Shown here: positions 38,166 through 50,483 of the stretch, one piece after another
How the letters are laid out: every line of letters begins with the position of its first letter
Numbering within the stretch: position 1 is the first letter of the stretch
NCBI RefSeq assembly: GCF_964355755.1
Contig: NC_092670.1
Location: 32,786,388-32,850,387 of the forward strand
DNA: 64,000 nucleotides
Source of the DNA: Antedon mediterranea
Lineage: Eukaryota > Animalia > Echinodermata
Reading direction: 5' to 3'
The notes under the pieces: model-generated
What the model saw: the letters and a program-made list of their open reading frames with translations, nothing else
Database searches by the model: none
Told to the model about the DNA's origin: nothing
Program-made: the position numbers and the translations under genes

Positions 38166-39122
38166 TCAATGCGTTCTTCCGTCGTCACTTATTTCTTTTT
38201 CTGGTAAAATAAAAGCGTTTTCATTTTGATCTTTTAATTTCACAAATGTGGCATGAGAATCTACAATATCGCAATCAAGTCGTAATCGTTCGTTGTATAA
38301 CACATCGTAAAATGGCTGAACAAATTTAACAACTTCTCGAACATCATCTGGTAAAGAATCCATATCAACTCTCGATCTTTTAGATTTTTGCCTAATTCCA
38401 TCACTATTCATCGCATCAGAATACCAACCCATGATTTTATCAGCAATTAAATTAGAATACGCTACGTGCCATTTCATTTTTTCTTCTGGTTCCCAGTGCA
38501 ACATCTCTTCTCGATATGTAAGTCCTACAGCCTTGCAGTATTTACGCATCATCTGCTTAGGATCGGCAAGAAGATCGTCTGCGTCCAGTATAAGAGGTGC
38601 CTCACCAGTAGTATCGCGTAAGTGAATAAAAAGATCATGAAGTTCTTCGTACATATAACCAGGTGGCATTGCAAAAGACACGCTTCGCTTCCATATAAGT
38701 CCCATCCCGGGTAGCGGTCCACAATTAATTCGTTCCTTCCAAGATTTCATAACTTTAGATGGGTCTCGTATGAGGAATGTATGTTTATATCCTTTTGGAA
38801 TAGCATCCCAGTTACCATCAATAGCGTAAGCAAAGTCTTTACAAAACACCACATCTTTATCGACGTATTCTCTCTCTAATTGTTCTTTTATCCATTGGTA
38901 TGAATAATTTTCCTCACATCCTATAAGAAAGCTTATTAGTTTATTTGGTTGATACTTACGCTCAGGACCAAAATGCCAAGCAGTCATAAACGGTTCATTA
39001 AATATTTCACATTTATCTAGAGTGTGTATAGAGCGAAGGAATGCCGTTGATAGCGCTCGTGGAGTTGACCACAGCATTACACGAGTTTGAGAACGACCTG
39101 TCTCGTGCCTAGGCATATCCAT
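38166..39122 (-). CDS. Sulfotransferase-fold P-loop protein (family annotated as branched-chain aminotransferase-like N-terminal domain / Sulfotransfer_5-like), single coding exon
   Basis: 318-aa intact ORF with LWSTPRALSTAFLRS, FNEPF, VFCKD, HTFLIRDP, ILDADDLLADP..YCKAVG..EMLHW. Confidence 0.85.
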   Translation of the reverse strand: MDMPRHETGRSQTRVMLWSTPRALSTAFLRSIHTLDKCEIFNEPFMTAWHFGPERKYQPNKLISFLIGCEENYSYQWIKEQLEREYVDKDVVFCKDFAYAIDGNWDAIPKGYKHTFLIRDPSKVMKSWKERINCGPLPGMGLIWKRSVSFAMPPGYMYEELHDLFIHLRDTTGEAPLILDADDLLADPKQMMRKYCKAVGLTYREEMLHWEPEEKMKWHVAYSNLIADKIMGWYSDAMNSDGIRQKSKRSRVDMDSLPDDVREVVKFVQPFYDVLYNERLRLDCDIVDSHATFVKLKDQNENAFILPEKEISDDGRTH

Positions 39123-39845
39123 TGCAGCCTACACTATCCGTCGATATCTTGGCTAACACCCCTCCGGATACTATGCTTGCTTTCTTTCAAATGACGAATT
39201 TTTTACACTGGGCATTCAACGAAGCACAAAAGACTTGTCAAATAGGCGATTCACGCTTACCTAATTTCAATAAATGCATAGCACTCTAACTTGTTTGCTA
39301 AAATGCTTTTGCTCTGCCTATGAAATCAACGCGATGAAAATTAAATCTTGACAAAATCGATATAGGTCTTTCCCGCAAATTGTATCAGACGATATAATTA
39401 TATCTGAATATTGATGTGTCGTATAAAGCGGATTAACCGTGTGATTCGATCATTAATACCAGCAACTTTTGACTACAACATTCTATACGTGTTATTCATT
39501 TTAAACGTCTAAAATACGTAAGCTAATGTTTATACACTAATCCTTTTCGATGTTAGTACTGTATATACCTCCCGTTGAGACGTCTCATGTTAAAACTCTC
39601 CGATTATGAACCCGTAGCTGGAATGAATCTAATATGATACTGTACAGGCTTAACCTGCTTAAGATATGGTCCGCGAAAAACTCAACACAATACAGAATTA
39701 TACATCTACATTAACGGCTGTGTATATTATGTATAGGCTGTCACAGGTTTATACAATTCCCAACCCAAATTAAATGTGTTCCAATACTAATATAATACAC
39801 TAAACAACTGAAATTTGATTCCTTCTTGGTTTTAACATAATATGC

Positions 39846-40262
39846 ATATATATATATATATATATATATGTGGTCTAATGGTTAGGACATATGCATATCA
39901 AGCAGGCGGTCCGAGTTCGAGTCTCGGTTGGGGCGACTTTTTTTCATTCTCACAGATTTCCTCATCTTTATCGTTTCAAATTAATTAATTAAATTTCAGT
40001 ATATCATCGGGCGGTTTAGAATTAATGTTCTTTGCCTGTTGTGTTTATATATATGTATATATATATAAACGTTTATATATATGTATATATATATATAAAT
40101 CCAAAGGCAAATTACTGAACAAAATGACAATGCTGTGGGTATCAGTAGCTGGATCTCAACGGAGATACAAAATAAAAGCGAAAAGCTAAATCAAAACGGG
40201 AAGTAAAACAGCCAGAAAAGTTAGCAGAGCTTTCGGGCAACACTAGCCCTTCATCAGTGCAA

Positions 40263-40300
<38 letters not shown>

Positions 40301-40537
40301 ACAACAGGCATAGAAATAAATTCCAAATATATATATAGATATATATATATATATATAAATATATTTTATTACTAAAAAAAATGACAATGCTGTGGGTATC
40401 AGTGGCAAATTAATTAATTAAATTCCAGTATATCATCGGGCGGTTTAGAATTAATGTTCTTTGCCTGTTGTGTTTATATATATGTATATATATATATAAA
40501 TCCAAAGGCAAATTACTAAAAAAAATGACAATGCTGT
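39846..40537. repeat. (TA)n-embedded composite of tRNA-containing repeat and hammerhead-bearing module; continues at 44527-45108 after the foldback insertion
   Basis: 5'-truncated tRNA-like copy 39870-39935; module ATCCAAAGGCAAATTAC...CATCAGTGCAAG at 40099-40263; multiple (TA)n runs. Confidence 0.8.
40224..40260 (-). ncRNA. Minimal type I hammerhead ribozyme (Penelope pLTR/retrozyme type)
   Basis: Minus strand: GCA-CTGATGA-A-GGGC tagtgtt GCCC-GAAAGCTC-TGC; intact core, stem I GCA/TGC, palindromic AGCT stem III. Confidence 0.8.
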
Positions 40538-43500
40538 TAGACCGGGCGCCTGGAAGATTTATTCATGTGAAAAGATACAAAAGGTTTGATGATGTAGTTA
40601 GGTGCGTATTAGGGCGAGATGCAATATTCGACATTGCTGCCGGGTCACAGCCTGTACATAGGGCCTGTGGGGATCATAACATAGGGGGGTAAAAATGAAT
40701 TTATTTATGTGAAGCGATACAAGGATAAACTTTTTTGGATATCATTCGCAGTGGGCTACTAATGATAACATCACCAATGACAGCAACTTTATCCTGTACG
40801 GGGCGCCAAACAGCAACATTTTAGGGCCACGCCCAAATGGGTTTATTCATGTGAAGCGATACAAGGTTGAATCTTTTTTTAATGGCAGCAGTATATATTG
40901 GGGATGTCAAAAACACCAATGACAGCAACTTTATCCTGTACATAAGCTCAGACAGCAGCCCTAAAGGTCCACAGTTTCCCCCTATTCTGCTATATACTAG
41001 GTGCGTATGTCGTCTAATGGCGTTCAGCTGAGTTAGAAATACGTGATACGGACTCGGACCGACAATAAATACACAGTAGAATGCTAAAACAATAAAGAGA
41101 GCAGTTGTTTCCTGTACCAAATCATCAAACATCAAACTCTTAGGAACTCGCCCAAAATGGGTTTATCCATGAAGTGTGTAATCATTTTTGAAAAAAATGG
41201 TTTTTTTCCCACTTTATCCGGTACACGTACAGAACAGCTCAAATGCCCGAGGCTCCATTCGTGATTAACAATGTTGATAATACAAACACATTCACGATAA
41301 CGTGTGACTTTTATTTTATAATTGAAATATATCTTTATTTTGGAATAATAAATAACACCAACAAAAACACTTAAACTAACCAACAGCAGATTTGTATTAG
41401 GGTAACATTTTGAACAATCAATATTATATCAAAATCATTATTTCGATCAAAATAATATAATTTAAGAATATTTTTCAGATAAACTAAATAATTACACTCA
41501 TAAAGATCGACACCGGTACCGATTATTGTACATTATTATTATAACTCGATTTAAATATTGTTTTAATTACACACTAGACACTAGTGATATGTCTATATGA
41601 AAAAAGGCAACGAAATCTAAATTTGCAACATTTTTTAACATAACATAACATAATAGTAAAGTAAATAATAGTTCGAATTCAACATAATCACTTAGAGAAT
41701 TGGTAAGGTATAGATTAGACTATCGATTGCACATTATTACTGTATTTTTAACTCAATTTAAATTAAAAAAAGTAACCGTTTTCATGTGAATTATACTGAT
41801 AAAAACCAACAAATAACTTAATCTGCCAACATTTTAAACATCGTTACTTGTCCATAATGGATCGACTACTGTATCGATTACTGCACATTGTTTTACTTTA
41901 ACTGAAACAAAGTCAAATTTTTAATTGTTACTGTACTAACATTAGACAGTGATATCTGATAAAAGGCAACATTAATTAATATTAATAATACTGAACCAAA
42001 TTAAATATCGTTACTTATCCACAATGGATCGACTACTGTATTGATTATTGCACATTATTTACTAACTAACATAAGAAAGTGATATCTGATAAAACGCAAC
42101 AAACTGAATCGAATTAAATATCGTTACTTATCCATAATGGATCGACTACTGTATTGATTACTGCACATTATTTTACTATAACTGCCCTAGTCAAATATAA
42201 AATTGTTACTGTACTAACATTAGACAGTGATATCTGATAAAATGCAACATACTCAGGACCAAATTAAATATCGTTACTTATCCATAATGGATCGACTAAT
42301 GTATCGATTATTGCAGGTTATTTTACTATAACTGCCCAAGTCAAATTTAAAATTGTTACTGTACTAACATTATACAGTGATATCTGATAAAATGCTTACT
42401 CAGGACCAAATTAAATATCGTTACTTATCCATAATGGATCGACTACTGTATCGATTATTGCACATTATTTTACTATAACTGCCTAAGTCAAACTTAAAAT
42501 TGTTACTGTACTAACATTATACAGTGATATCTGATAAAAGGCAACATTAATAATACTGGACAAAATTAAATATCATTACTTATCCACAATGGATCGACTA
42601 CTGTATTGATTATTGCACTGAACCCAGGTCGAATATTTTACATGCAGTGTAACTACCGACACACTGTAAAAGCACAATTGAGCAAAGACATCGAGGTTAC
42701 TGGCTGTATGCATTAAATAACTGAATATTGTACATTCATCATATTCCATTGTCACTAGCTAAACAGAATACACGATATAATAAAACCAATAGGGGCTATT
42801 GGATTTCTTTTTACAATTTTTATTTAATTTGGTCCAGTGTTATTAGTGTAACAATTTTAAATTTGACTTGGGCAGTTATAGTAAAATAATGTGCAATAAT
42901 TGATACAGTAGTCGATCCATTATGGATAAGTAACGATATTTAATTTGGTCCTGAGTATGTTGCAGATATCACTGTCTAATGTTAGTACAGTAACAATTTT
43001 AAATTTGACTTGGGCAGTTATAGTAAAATAATGTGCAGTAATCAATACAGTAGTCGATCCATTATGATAGGTAACGATATTTAATTCGATTCAGTTTGTT
43101 GCGTTTTATCAGATATCACTTTCTTATGTTAGTTGTAAAATAATGTCCAATAATCGATACAGTAGTTGATCCATTGTGGATAAGTAACGATACAGTAGTC
43201 GATCCATTATGGACAAGTAACGATGTTTAAAATGTTGGCAGATTAAGTTTTTTGTTGGTTTCTTTCAGTCTAATTCACATGAAAACGGTTACTTTTTTAA
43301 TTTAAATTGAGTTAAAAATACAGTAATAGTGTGCAATCGATAGTCTAATCTATACCTTACCAATTCTCTAAGTGATTATGTTGAATTCGAACTATTATTT
43401 ACTTTACTATTATGTTATGTTATGTTAAAAAATGTTGCAAATTTAAATTTCGCTGCCTTCTTTCATATAGACTATAGTGTCTAGTGTGTAATTAAAACAA

Positions 43501-44526
43501 TATTTAAATCAAGTTATATATAATAATAATGTACAATAATAGGTACCGGTGTCGATCATTATGAGTGTAATTATTTAGTTTATCTGAAAAATATTCTTAA
43601 ATTATATTATTTTGATCGAAATAATGATTTTGATATAAAATTGATTGTTCAAAATGTTACCCTAAAATACAAATCTGCTGTTGGTTATTTTAAGTGTTTT
43701 GGTTGGTGTTATTTATTATTCCAAAATAAAGATATATTTCAATTATAAAATAAAAGTCACTTGTTATCGTGAATGTGTTTGTATTATCGACATTGTTGAT
43801 CACGAATGGAGCCTCGGGCATTTGAGCTGCTGTGTACCGGATAACGTGAAAAAAACAACATTTAAAAAAAAAATGATTCATACTTCATGGATAAACCCAT
43901 TTTGGGCGAGTTCCTAAGAGTTTGATGTTTGATGATTTGGTACAAGAAACAACTGCTCTCTTTATTTATTGTTTTATCAATCTACAGTGTATTTATTGTC
44001 AGTCCGAGTCCGTATCACGTATTTCTAACTCAGCTGAACGCCATAAGACGACATAAGCGCCGAGTATATAGCCGAATAGGGGGAAACTGCGGACCTTTAG
44101 GGCTGCTGTCTGAGCTTATGTACAGGATAAAGTTGCTGTCATTGGTGTTTTTGTCATCCCCAATATGTACTGCTGCCATTACAAAAAGATTCAACCTTGT
44201 ATCGCTTCACATGAATAAACCCATTTGGGCGTGGCCCTAAAATGTTGCTGTTTGGCGCCCCGTACAGGATAAAGTTGCTGTCATTGGTGATGTTACCATT
44301 AGTAGCCCACTGCGAATGATATCCAAAAAAGTTTATCCTTGTATCGCTTCACATGAATAAATGCATTTTTACCCCCCTATGTTATGATCCCCACAGGCCC
44401 TATGTACAGGCTGTGACCCGGCAGCAATGTCGAATATTGCATCTCACCCTAATTATACGCACCTAACTACATCATCAAACCTTTTGTATTTTTTCACATG
44501 AATAAATCTTCCGGGCGCCCGGTCTA
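40538..44526. mobile_element. 3989-bp foldback element, TAG..CTA termini, 3-bp TSD TGT (Academ-like non-autonomous)
   Basis: Arms 40538-~42620 and ~42820-44526 are reverse complements; inner arms hold ~120-bp tandem repeats. Empty site GACAATGCTGTGGGTATC is seen at 40127, 40383 and 12801. Confidence 0.9.
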
Positions 44527-44755
44527 TGTGGGTATCAGTGGCTGGATTTCAATGGAGATACAAAAATAAAATGCAAAAAGCTAAATCAAAACGATAAAGT
44601 AAACAGCCAGAAAAGTTAGCAGGGATTTCGGGCAATACATATATATATAAACACAGCAGGCAATAATATATACATTAATTATAAACCGCCCGGTGATATA
44701 CTGAAATTTAATTAATTAATTTGAAAGGAGGAAATCTGTGAGAATGAGAAAAAGT

Positions 44756-44827
44756 CGCCCCAACCGAGACTCGAACTCGGACCGTCTGCTTGATATGCAG
44801 TTGCCCTAACCATTAGACCACTGGGGC
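44756..44827 (-). tRNA. tRNA-like cloverleaf, anticodon ATC, repeat copy
   Basis: Reverse complement of the 12454-12525 motif with 3 substitutions; same flanks. Confidence 0.55.
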
Positions 44828-47209
44828 TTTCATGGTATTGTTCAAACTCGATTGGATAGCGACTCTTTAACATTCTCGGCGTGGTACGGCGGAACAGCAC
44901 TAGTCCTCAGTTGTACGCACGCGCAACAGAGATAAAATTGATACGCCCTCATCTTTCAGTATTTTTATTCACGAGATCTCCGAAGAGATACTTTTATATA
45001 TATAAACACAGCAGGCAAAGACCATTAATTCTAAACCGCCCGGTGATATACTGAAATTTAAATAATTAATTTGAAACGATAAAGATGAGGAAATCTGTGA
45101 GAATGAGATATGCATAACAATTGATATGATTTTAATCAACACTAACATTACATGTTTAGTATTTCAAGGTAGAGGGAAATTGGAAAATAGAGTCTTTCTT
45201 GATTACCTACAAGGTAGACAAGTCAAATAATGATTCTTAAATATTTAGGACTATGCCTGCGGTGATGGTAAAATCATCCACCACGGAAACTTAATGACGA
45301 TACTCCGGTTAATTAAAAACTAAACCATTCCATTCTGGGTAGGCCTAACCATAGGCCAATGTCTACTAAATACATATACTGACACATCACTCGTACAGCG
45401 TACATGCCTATACGTTAATAGCATGTTAATACATGCCAAGAATGTTGAATTTTGTTTTGCAAGATATAGTTTTATTGTAAAATAATAATAATAATTACAG
45501 TATACGGTTCTTATCTCTAATGATTTGTCCTAAATACTTAAAAATATTCATGGGTTACGATCGCCATCAATAATTTGTTCCTCCAGATAGACAGAATTAA
45601 GAGTTACTGTATAAGAATAATATTGAATTGAACTAGGTACTCTGCAGTGGTGTGGCAAGGAGATGTGTTTAAACTTACCCACTTTTGTTCAATGTGAATC
45701 TAAAGGAATAATAAAGGTCTATTATAATTTAACAATAACGTGTTGTTGGCGATTATAAATAATAGGGCTCCAAGCTACCCGAGATCCTTTCGATTGCCTA
45801 CGTACTGTCAAATACACTAGTGATTAATATTGACAAGGGAGTTGATCTTGGATCTGATCTGATAAAGTAAGGTTTTTTGATTGACCTTATTCGAGATTTT
45901 CCGAAAAACATTACAGAAATATTTCTATAAAAAATACGGTAAAAACAATACAAAAACATGTCCAAAACACCTCCATACCCCCATCCCCCACAGAAAAATA
46001 ATCAATAACGTGTTGATTGATGTTTTGGTTGTTATGCTAATAAGCATCTTCGCTTGTATGTGAATTTGGTCTCCTATATATATATATAAATAGTCTAATA
46101 CCTCGTATTTGCAGAAGTAAAAACCCCAACCCATATACCCAATATGCCTATATATAGACCTAATGGTTAGCTTAAAATTAATTCGTAGTTTATGCCACTA
46201 TTATGATTTTAGAAATCAGGATGAAGCTCTCCTTATATAATAATTATGTATAAGGAGTGTTTGCTATGTCAATGTGCCTTTTATGTATTATAGATAGGCT
46301 CATTAATGTCATTCAAACTCTTGTCTGAAACTAATGAAACCACAATGTAGATCTGACAAGAATGGGAATTGTTTTTCACTCTCTAATCAAAGGGCATCGT
46401 TTATATAAGCACCAAATCCCCGAGATCAAGCATAACATTCATACTGTGGTGTCTTTACTTAGACGGTGCAAAAAATAACTGTCCAGACAGACAGAGCTAA
46501 ACAAGTAAACTGCTCTTTAAATTGAATTACAGATAAATTCTTCAAATGTAGGCCTATTACTCTCAACAGACAAGTGAACCATGGAAACCGATACACGTGA
46601 CTGAAAACAACTAAGGTTGAAAAGTTTTCCATTTAGCATTTGACTGCCGATCAAACCCTAAGGCCAAACACGAACACAAGGGCTACGCATCGTTGTAACT
46701 GTATATAAAAATAGGCCTAATTATTACACTGTGTTGACTGCGAATACATTGCTTGAACAAAACGAAACAAAAAAAACCCCCAAAAAACACACACAATAAA
46801 TATTAAACAAGGGTTATAAGTTCTTGCATGTTGAAAAGGTAATTGAAATATTATGGGTTGGTTTATAAAAGAAATTTATTTACACACTCTTATTTTTTTG
46901 AAATAATAAATTAGTATTCAACAACTCCAGAATTCTATATGGCCATTGATCGAAAAATCACCTCATTCTCACTTTAAAATTGTAACGATCATGTTGTACT
47001 GTATTTACTTATAATGCCAGGGAAGTTATAAGTGGTACCGTATTCGTTAAGGTTGATTTCATATCGATCAGATCGAGGACGAGAAAAGGGAATCATGATA
47101 ATACCAAAAACCCTTTCATCTATATAAAATAATAAAATTCTAAGGTTATTATAACGAATCAATAAGCATACGTGTTTATTATGATTGTATAATGTTCTTC
47201 TCGTACTTA

Positions 47210-47347
47210 AGCTCTATCAACACTATCAAACTTTATGTGACAAAAAAGTGTGATGTGCCTATATGGACATGATGATGTCATATCACTACCCCATTTGGGC
47301 ACATCACACTTTTTTTGTCAAACAAGTTTGATAGTGTACACAGAGCT
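47210..47347. mobile_element. MITE (138 bp), TTA TSD, PIF/Harbinger-like
   Basis: TTA-AGCTCT..ACACTATCAAACTT ... AAGTTTGATAGTGT..AGAGCT-TTA. Confidence 0.75.
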
Positions 47348-49049
47348 TTATACATAAATGCTTCTATAGAGTCGAAAGTAAGTAAGTTACGATGTAACAA
47401 AATTATACTAATTGTACATTCATTTTGTTTTGAATATGGGTACCATTCATATCTACATCACCTCTCTGTAGTGTATGGACATGGTACGACGTACCAGCAC
47501 AACAAGCAAGACTAGGTCTACTGTAATTTGAGCATTTCACACTGTCTATATTTACAGCCTAACGCGTAAAATCTAATCGATTTGAGTCTTAATGAACGTG
47601 GTCTGAAATGCGAAGCAATCAATTTTTTGTTTTTCCTTTACCAAACGTTTTGCAGGTGTTTCATCACCTGATTTCATTCGTCATTTTATATCCACCGCAT
47701 TTACAGATCGATATTACGGTAGTGCACATTACTGATGAAAAGGTATTCATTTGCTGTGTTTCCCGGTGAAACTGGAAACTCATCATCATCCAACCGAATT
47801 TGTTTAATCAACCGATAATATTATTAAATTCACGATTCCATTTTAGTAAAATCTCATATTACGCTCACAGCATTCTCCATACAGCAGGTTGACGTAATAA
47901 TGAGACGATGACCGGCCTGTTGAGCGGTATGCCTACATATATCCAGCCAATTAACACATTTTAGCATTCAATTAAGTAGTCCAATTTATAATTACATATC
48001 ACTGTATCATGTTCATCGTCAATGGTAATTTTGGAGTAATTATACAGTATAGAGGGTAGCAACGTGACGCTTTCGGTCACATGACTGCATATACTCCCTC
48101 AATTTCACGAATTGGGCCAACACTTTTTACGTTTGCTTTAATCAGGCATAATGAATACATTTTTGCTGCTCAGAGATCACACAATTTGATTAGGGCCTGC
48201 TATCATTAATAACATACGATTTTTGTTAACTAATATTCTCTTTCTTCAAATTACTCCATATTTATGTAATCTTAACCATTGAATATGCATTGTGTTCATG
48301 CATTCAATGGTACCAAACCTATTCATGGTCCCAATATATGATGTCACTATCTCCTCTCTCAACCCAATGTACTTCACTATACAATTTGGACAATCAACAG
48401 CGCCACCTGTAATTATCGATGCGTATACTATCAGGAAACCAATGGAAGCACATTCAAAGAAAGATTTTAGGCCTACGGTAAGTTCGTACTAACAGTTGGT
48501 TTTCTAAAAGTGAAAACATAATGATGATCATCAAACGATATGAAGCAATTTTTTTTTTAAGTTGGCCTACATTATAAATTTGGACACAAATATATACATT
48601 TTTTCTGTATATTTATTCAGTAAAAGTGATTATATTTTAAAATAAGCAACCTGAAAAAACTTATACATGATACGATTTTGGACCGAGCAATACGCCAGTG
48701 TGAATATGGTCTACCGTAGTCGAATAAAGTTATATACAATTTTTCCAATTCGATATTGTTATATTCTTTCTATTCCTCATTATTATGTTAACTAGACCTT
48801 CACATCGGTCAAACAGTGTGCATATTATTATTAGCTTATCTCTAATAACCTTGAAAGTACGGATGATTTCAAAATATATATGCATACTAATCTGCAAGAA
48901 AAACACCAAAAAGGAAGGAAACAACGTTTGTATTGCTTTGATCTTTGACCTCTTGTATCCAAGCGGAACTACAACTTACAAACCACTTAAAATATCAGTT
49001 TTTATGTTGTTGCTGTATTTGTCAATTTGATTCAGTACCAGTACCAATC

Positions 49050-50483
49050 ATGGCCCTGATATTGAACATCGTTGGAATATTATGGCTTATGATGCTAACT
49101 GGAAAAACTGTAGGGCTAAGGTGTATGGTGTCCAAGTCTGATGTTCAAGTTGGAGACGTTGTTAATTTTTATTGCATAACGGATTTTATAGTTTCTTCGA
49201 CGCCGACAAAATTGATTTTGAAGTACGGCAAAGCTTTAGAACAACAACGGATACAGACATCCAGTAATGTTTCTCTAACGACAACAATAACGGCGGAGGA
49301 TAATTACCGACCGTTTGTATGTAAGGAAAAAGATGGCCAGAAAACTTTAGCTAACTGTAACCTTATTCCTTTTGCCATTCCAACTACAGTCACCATTCGA
49401 AGTCACCAGACTGACTTGTCAGAAGGCGATACTGCGGCGTATACATGTAACGCAGAAGCACAGCCACCTGCTGTTTCAAGTGATTATATTTGGTACTTCA
49501 AAGGGGCTCCTGTTACATCTGGTAACCCATCCAGGATACAAATCGCACAAGCAGGTAGAAAAATAAAAATCTTCGACATAACACGTTCTGACAACAACTC
49601 GGAAGTTAAATGTGTAGTCATCAACTCTGTAGGAATCAATGGTACTGACACACTGAAATTAAAAGTACAAAAACCACTTAAAAATAAAGATGTGCTGACT
49701 ACACCAACTGTACTGAAAAACAATAGCTTGGTTACTAAGATATCTGTACAATCTACTAATAAACCTGATATCACTTATACAACATCTATACATGCTACTG
49801 ATGAGTCAGACATGTTTGTTACCGATGAAACGTTTTCGACAATACTGGCATTGGAACAGGCTGACAGTGACACAAGTAGTTTCTCGAACGTCAAACTTTG
49901 GTATTATAATGTCATTGAAGGAACGGCTATTGGAGGCTTCGTGCTCTTAGTCATGTTGATAATGTTTACTAGTTGCCTGATTGGGCTAGTCTTACGACGA
50001 AAATCTAAAGGTAATACAGAATGGGAAGAAGAACAAGAAAGAGAAGTGAGAAAACTCAAACGTTTATCTATAATTCCTGACGAAACGCGAGTCGGAATGA
50101 CGGAGAACGACGCGTACCTATCACCAGCTAAAACAAATAATTCTAATACTGTTTCCTACATGAACCAAACTACATCAGCTTATCATTTTCCACCAACTCC
50201 TCCTGTAACGCATGTATCACATCGTTCTGCTTCTTTACCATTAACAACATTATCAACGCGTTACGATGATCCGTCAGCACAAGATTATGTAAACACCATT
50301 CCGCGTCATCACGACGACGCCGGTTATGTAAACGCACCAGGAACCAGTGATGTATCAAATATATTTAATTTTGACCAAATGCAGGTTAATGCATACTTAA
50401 ATGAGGAATATAATCGACTAAGTGAACTTTATGAGAATGATCCATCGTTAAGTGATATATTCAAACTAGATACCACAGCTTGA
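49050..50483 (+). CDS. Type I membrane protein: signal peptide, two Ig-like domains, S/T-rich stalk, TM, Tyr-rich cytoplasmic tail (477 aa from ATG 49050)
   Basis: MALILNIVGILWLMMLTG signal; VNFYC..EDNYRPFVC; AAYTCNAEAQP..YIWYF..DNNSEVKC; TM IGGFVLLVMLIMFTSCLIGLVL-RRK. Likely acceptor at 49034-49035 and an upstream UTR donor at ~48478. Confidence 0.85.
   Translation: MALILNIVGILWLMMLTGKTVGLRCMVSKSDVQVGDVVNFYCITDFIVSSTPTKLILKYGKALEQQRIQTSSNVSLTTTITAEDNYRPFVCKEKDGQKTLANCNLIPFAIPTTVTIRSHQTDLSEGDTAAYTCNAEAQPPAVSSDYIWYFKGAPVTSGNPSRIQIAQAGRKIKIFDITRSDNNSEVKCVVINSVGINGTDTLKLKVQKPLKNKDVLTTPTVLKNNSLVTKISVQSTNKPDITYTTSIHATDESDMFVTDETFSTILALEQADSDTSSFSNVKLWYYNVIEGTAIGGFVLLVMLIMFTSCLIGLVLRRKSKGNTEWEEEQEREVRKLKRLSIIPDETRVGMTENDAYLSPAKTNNSNTVSYMNQTTSAYHFPPTPPVTHVSHRSASLPLTTLSTRYDDPSAQDYVNTIPRHHDDAGYVNAPGTSDVSNIFNFDQMQVNAYLNEEYNRLSELYENDPSLSDIFKLDTTA

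Noticed and set aside
40821-44240. Mirror-image ORF pairs (40821-41383 and 43681-44240)
   Set aside because: Products of the foldback arms; no recognisable motifs and indels differ between arms.
48945-49049. N-terminal extension with CCCC in the 512-aa ORF
   Set aside because: TTG start; sequence looks like an intron 3' end with an acceptor at 49034-49035; the signal peptide starts at ATG 49050.
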